From the NCBI GenBank assembly GCA_964248365.1, contig CAXTYC010000008.1, positions 1-64,000 of the forward strand: a stretch of DNA of 64,000 nucleotides, given 5' to 3'. Below, piece by piece: positions 60,237-64,000 of this stretch (the first letter of the stretch is position 1; the number at the start of each line of letters is the position of its first letter). The position numbers and the translations under genes were made by a program. The notes beneath the pieces were generated by a model. It did not search any database. It was not told where the DNA came from and worked only from the letters and a program-made list of their open reading frames with translations. The DNA is from an uncultured Chroococcidiopsis sp. (GTDB taxonomy: Bacteria; Cyanobacteriota; Cyanobacteriia; Cyanobacteriales; Chroococcidiopsidaceae).

Positions 60237-62129
60237 ATGTGCGGCATCGTTGGTTATATCGGCACTCAAGCAGCGACAGGAATTTTGCTGAGCGGGTTGG
60301 AGAAACTGGAGTACCGGGGTTACGATTCCGCCGGAATTGCTACAGTTTTGGAAGGTGAAATACATTGTGTCCGAGCAAAAGGCAAACTCCACAACTTGCG
60401 CGAAAAGCTAGAACAAATCGAAAATCCCGCCCGAACTGGCATTGGGCATACTCGTTGGGCAACTCATGGCAAGCCAGAAGAGTACAACGCCCATCCTCAC
60501 ATGGATATGGCAATGCGAGTAGCCGTAGTAGTAAATGGCATTATTGAAAACTACTGTGAGTTGCGCGAGAAGCTCAAACAACAGGGACATGAGTTTCGCT
60601 CAGATACTGATGTTGAAGTAATTCCCCACCTAATTGCACAGTTCTTGACAGAAAACCCCTCACCTGCTACTAACCACGCCTCACACTTTGTAGAAGCAGT
60701 ACGACAAACAGTAAACAAGCTAGAGGGGGCATTCGCGATCGCTGTTATTTGTGCTGATTACCCCGATGAAATAATCATTGCCCGACAACAAGCGCCGATC
60801 TCGATTGGTTTTGGACAAGGGGAATTCTTCTGCGCCTCTGACACTCCCGCCCTTGTACCCCACACTAGAGCAGTATTAACCCTGGAAAATGGCGAACTGG
60901 CTAGGCTGACACCATTAGGAGTTGAAGTTTACAACTTTGCAGGCGATCGCCTCAAAAAACAACCCCGTACTCTTAGTTGGAATCCTGTCATGGTGGAAAA
61001 ACAAGGTTTCCGACACTTCATGGTTAAGGAAATTTATGAGCAACCAGGAGTAGTTAGAACTTTCTTAGAAGCTTATGTAAACGATAATTGGAATTCCTCT
61101 GAACCATCAAGTCCAATTAAGCTTGGTTTACCAGACTCTATTTATGCAGTGTCACAAATTCAAATTGTTGCCTGTGGCACTAGTTGGCACGCTAGCTTAA
61201 TAGGTAAATACCTGCTCGAACAGCTAGCGGGAATTCCCACAACGGTGCAGTATTCCTCTGAATATCGCTATGCACCACCGCCTCTAACTGCCAATACTTT
61301 AATGATTGGTGTTACTCAGTCTGGGGAAACAGCCGATACGCTGGCAGCTTTAACAACGGAAAAAGAGCGCCGTGCTGGTAAGTCTTCTGAGTACCAAGCG
61401 AGATTGTTGGGTATTACCAATCGCCTTGATAGCTCGATCGCCATATTAGCAGATCATATCATCGACACCCATGCCGGAATTGAAATCGGTGTTGCCGCGA
61501 CTAAAACTTTTATCGCTCAGTTATTAGCTTTTTACAGCCTAGCTTTGGATTTAGCTTACCGTCGTCAAACTCTTTCAGCAACTCAAATCGAGAAAATTCT
61601 CGATGGATTACGTCAGTTACCAGCTCAAATTGAATTGATTTTAGAAAGCCAAGAGCGTTATATTCAAGAATTAACCCATCAGTTTACTGAGACGCAAGAT
61701 TTTATTTTTATTGGACGAGGAATTAATTTCCCGATTGCCCTAGAAGGGGCGTTGAAGCTCAAGGAAATTAGCTACATCCACGCTGAAGGTTATCCAGCAG
61801 GAGAGTTGAAGCATGGACCGATCGCCCTGTTGGATGCGAAGGTTCCCGTAGTAGCGATCGCTATGCCTGGTAGTGTTTATGAAAAGACTCTCTCAAATGC
61901 TCAGGAAGCTAAAGCGCGTGATTCTCGCTTGATCGGTGTTACTCCTATGCATGAAGAGGAAGCAGCCGAGGTTTTTGACGATCTAATTCCCGTTCCAACC
62001 GTTGATGAGTTGCTTTCTCCCATCCTCACAGTAATTCCTCTGCAACTACTGGCTTATCATATTGCGGCACGTCGGGGTTTGGATGTGGATCAGCCCAGAA
62101 ATTTAGCTAAGTCTGTGACAGTGGAGTAG
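60237..62129 (+). CDS. glmS: Glutamine-fructose-6-phosphate transaminase
   Basis: MCGIVG, GHTRWATHG, QSGETAD, PRNLAKSVTVE. Confidence 0.98.
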   Translation: MCGIVGYIGTQAATGILLSGLEKLEYRGYDSAGIATVLEGEIHCVRAKGKLHNLREKLEQIENPARTGIGHTRWATHGKPEEYNAHPHMDMAMRVAVVVNGIIENYCELREKLKQQGHEFRSDTDVEVIPHLIAQFLTENPSPATNHASHFVEAVRQTVNKLEGAFAIAVICADYPDEIIIARQQAPISIGFGQGEFFCASDTPALVPHTRAVLTLENGELARLTPLGVEVYNFAGDRLKKQPRTLSWNPVMVEKQGFRHFMVKEIYEQPGVVRTFLEAYVNDNWNSSEPSSPIKLGLPDSIYAVSQIQIVACGTSWHASLIGKYLLEQLAGIPTTVQYSSEYRYAPPPLTANTLMIGVTQSGETADTLAALTTEKERRAGKSSEYQARLLGITNRLDSSIAILADHIIDTHAGIEIGVAATKTFIAQLLAFYSLALDLAYRRQTLSATQIEKILDGLRQLPAQIELILESQERYIQELTHQFTETQDFIFIGRGINFPIALEGALKLKEISYIHAEGYPAGELKHGPIALLDAKVPVVAIAMPGSVYEKTLSNAQEAKARDSRLIGVTPMHEEEAAEVFDDLIPVPTVDELLSPILTVIPLQLLAYHIAARRGLDVDQPRNLAKSVTVE

Positions 62130-62437
62130 ATTTGTTGCTTGGAAGAACGATAAATCAAACCGTTGAATAACAGAAAAAATAGGATTTCACAGAAGTAGAT
62201 GCGCGATCGCTTTTGGAGATCCTTTTTTATGGGCAGTAGAAATGGTCGAGCCAAGAACTTGAGTTTTGATGTTAACCGGAATTAGACAAGGGGAATTCTA
62301 TAAATAGTAACTCACTTATTACTCGATTGGTGTAACCCCTATGAGCAATTACACTAAACACAATCCTCCACCGAATCCACATTTATCTCTCATTGCAAGA
62401 AGCATTCACTCGCTTGGATCGATTGAGTGGATTGAAT

Positions 62438-63613
62438 GGCTTTGGTGCATGAATACTAGAAATGTTAGGGTGTAAGCAGAGCCTCAAGCCAAACGCGACG
62501 CATGAAGACGAAACCGAAAACCAGCTATCGAATCCGCAACTGGCAGGAGTACGACGGGGCCCTAAAGCAACGAGGGAGTATTACCTTTTGGGTGAGTGAA
62601 CAAGTAATTCAACAGTGGCGCAACGAGCAGAAAACTGGGCGCAAAGGAGCATCCAACTACTACAGTGATCTGGCAATCACGACAATGGGAACACTCAAAT
62701 CAGTGTTTAGATTAGCTTCAAGGCAGACCGAAGGGTTTTTGGAATCGTTATTTACATTAATGGGAATCGATTTGGCAGTGCCAGATCACACGACGCTCTC
62801 ACGGCGATTGGGGAAGTTGACGGTGGAGTTGCCTGTAGTACCCAAAGCTAAAGGAGTACACGTAGTGGTGGATTCTACCGGAGTGAAAGTGTATGGTGAC
62901 GGTGAGTGGAAAGTCCGGCAACGGGAGGCTGAGCTTGAAAAAATAGTGGAACCGTATTCGGTTGGTTGGTTGTATGTAACGAGATATCTTGTTGGGTTGA
63001 CGGTTCCACTATTTTTTTGTCGCCATATTCCAAATAAAGCAAGTAAGCGACGGACATGGCGTAAGCTGCATTTAGGAGTGGATGAAGCGTCGGGGGAGAT
63101 TTTAGCCCCCGTGGTGAGCACCAATAACATCAGCGACAGTGAAGTTTTACCCCAACTGCTTGATGCTATTCCTGAAGAGATTGAGCAAGTATCTGCCGAC
63201 GGTGCTTATGACACGGCAAGCTGCTACGACGCAATTGACCAACGACGAGCCACTGCTGCCATTCCTCCACGCCGCAATGCTCGGATTTGGCAACATGGCG
63301 ACCGCAAAGCACCGCCCCATCCACGGGATGAAAATTTGCGGCAGATTAGAAAAATTGGGCGAACAAAGTGGAAGCGTCAAAGTAATTACCATCGCCGTAG
63401 TCTAGCTGAAACTACCATGTTTCGCGTTGCACCCATCTTCGGTGGCAAGCTCCTTTCACGTTCATTCGACAATCAAGTAGTAGAGTTATTTCTTCAATGT
63501 GCCGCGCTCAACCGCATAATTGGAGTAGGTAAGCCCGATAGTTATTTAGTCGAGAGCTAATTCAACACTGTTTTCAGGGGAAGTCTTCTTCTGCTGATTC
63601 ATGCACCAAAGCC
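62438..63613 (+). mobile_element. IS5-family (IS903-group) insertion sequence
   Basis: Perfect 17-bp TIR ggctttggtgcatgaat; 9-bp TSD ggattgaat at 62429-37 and 63614-22. Confidence 0.95.
62502..63560 (+). CDS. IS5-family DDE transposase with foreign in-frame insertion
   Basis: YRIRNW.EY..AL.QRGS, VDSTG.KVYG.GEW, WRKLH, ADGAYD, YHRRSLAET. Confidence 0.92.
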   Translation: MKTKPKTSYRIRNWQEYDGALKQRGSITFWVSEQVIQQWRNEQKTGRKGASNYYSDLAITTMGTLKSVFRLASRQTEGFLESLFTLMGIDLAVPDHTTLSRRLGKLTVELPVVPKAKGVHVVVDSTGVKVYGDGEWKVRQREAELEKIVEPYSVGWLYVTRYLVGLTVPLFFCRHIPNKASKRRTWRKLHLGVDEASGEILAPVVSTNNISDSEVLPQLLDAIPEEIEQVSADGAYDTASCYDAIDQRRATAAIPPRRNARIWQHGDRKAPPHPRDENLRQIRKIGRTKWKRQSNYHRRSLAETTMFRVAPIFGGKLLSRSFDNQVVELFLQCAALNRIIGVGKPDSYLVES

Positions 63614-64000
63614 GGATTGAATCAAACATTTGCAACTTGTTGATCTGGGCTATTCATGAGTGTGGATATTGGTCAAAAATAGACTATATCTTTCCTGAGC
63701 CTTGCCAAGAAAACGTATGGCTCTATGATGTAGACACTAAAAGTTTTATTGGTTACTTCATCGCACAATACGAAGGATTATACGGCTACTAGTCTAATAA
63801 TTACGCATACCGTTCGCATTTCTTCTAAATTTCGACAGAGCCAGGTATCCAGTCTTACTACACTGCGGGAGATCCGCCTCAATTTCTGATTGATACTTTT
63901 GCGGATAAAGGAAGTGAAATTGTAATTTGGGAGAAAACTTTGAATAAAGATCATCCCTTACTACAAAAAGCTAAGGCTGAGTGTGCAACCTTGAATCCAC

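Larger units (their letters stand above)
62341..63792 (+). pseudogene. Small hypothetical ORF interrupted by the IS
   Basis: Removing the IS and one TSD joins MSNYTKHNP...SIEWIE in frame to SNICNLLIWA... Confidence 0.6.

Overview
Chromosomal window of a cyanobacterium (abundant HIP1 GCGATCGC, heptamer STRR repeats, psaC, OCP, hli). Core genes include trpG/pabA, dgkA, ybeY, prfB with its programmed +1 frameshift, a SigF-type sigma factor, ggt, a Ca-type P-ATPase, hsp20, psaC and glmS. The most interesting region (21.2-28.1 kb) is missed by the ORF track. It is a minus-strand, partly decayed array of about 10 tRNA genes/fragments, with an embedded HNH pseudogene and an rRNA-type boxA, running into an unknown ORF, an RNA ligase and an AAA ATPase. 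It lies next to a TrcR-like ribbon-helix-helix repressor and an HNH/alr0857-like pair. The two minus-strand promoters share the same 11-bp-phased TACTACA-like triple repeat, suggesting one physically linked translational-stress/tRNA-repair regulon. Other notable items: a sigma-like/DUF1822/CHAT-STAND-WD40 triad opposite LysM genes; a knotless phytochrome + redox-type hybrid kinase cluster opposite hli-ocp, lying inside a split nucleoside ABC transporter; repeat elements inserted in frame in proteins; several MITE families; and an IS5-family element with a 9-bp TSD whose transposase carries an in-frame hairpin insertion. All calls are by-eye motif recognition; no searches were run.
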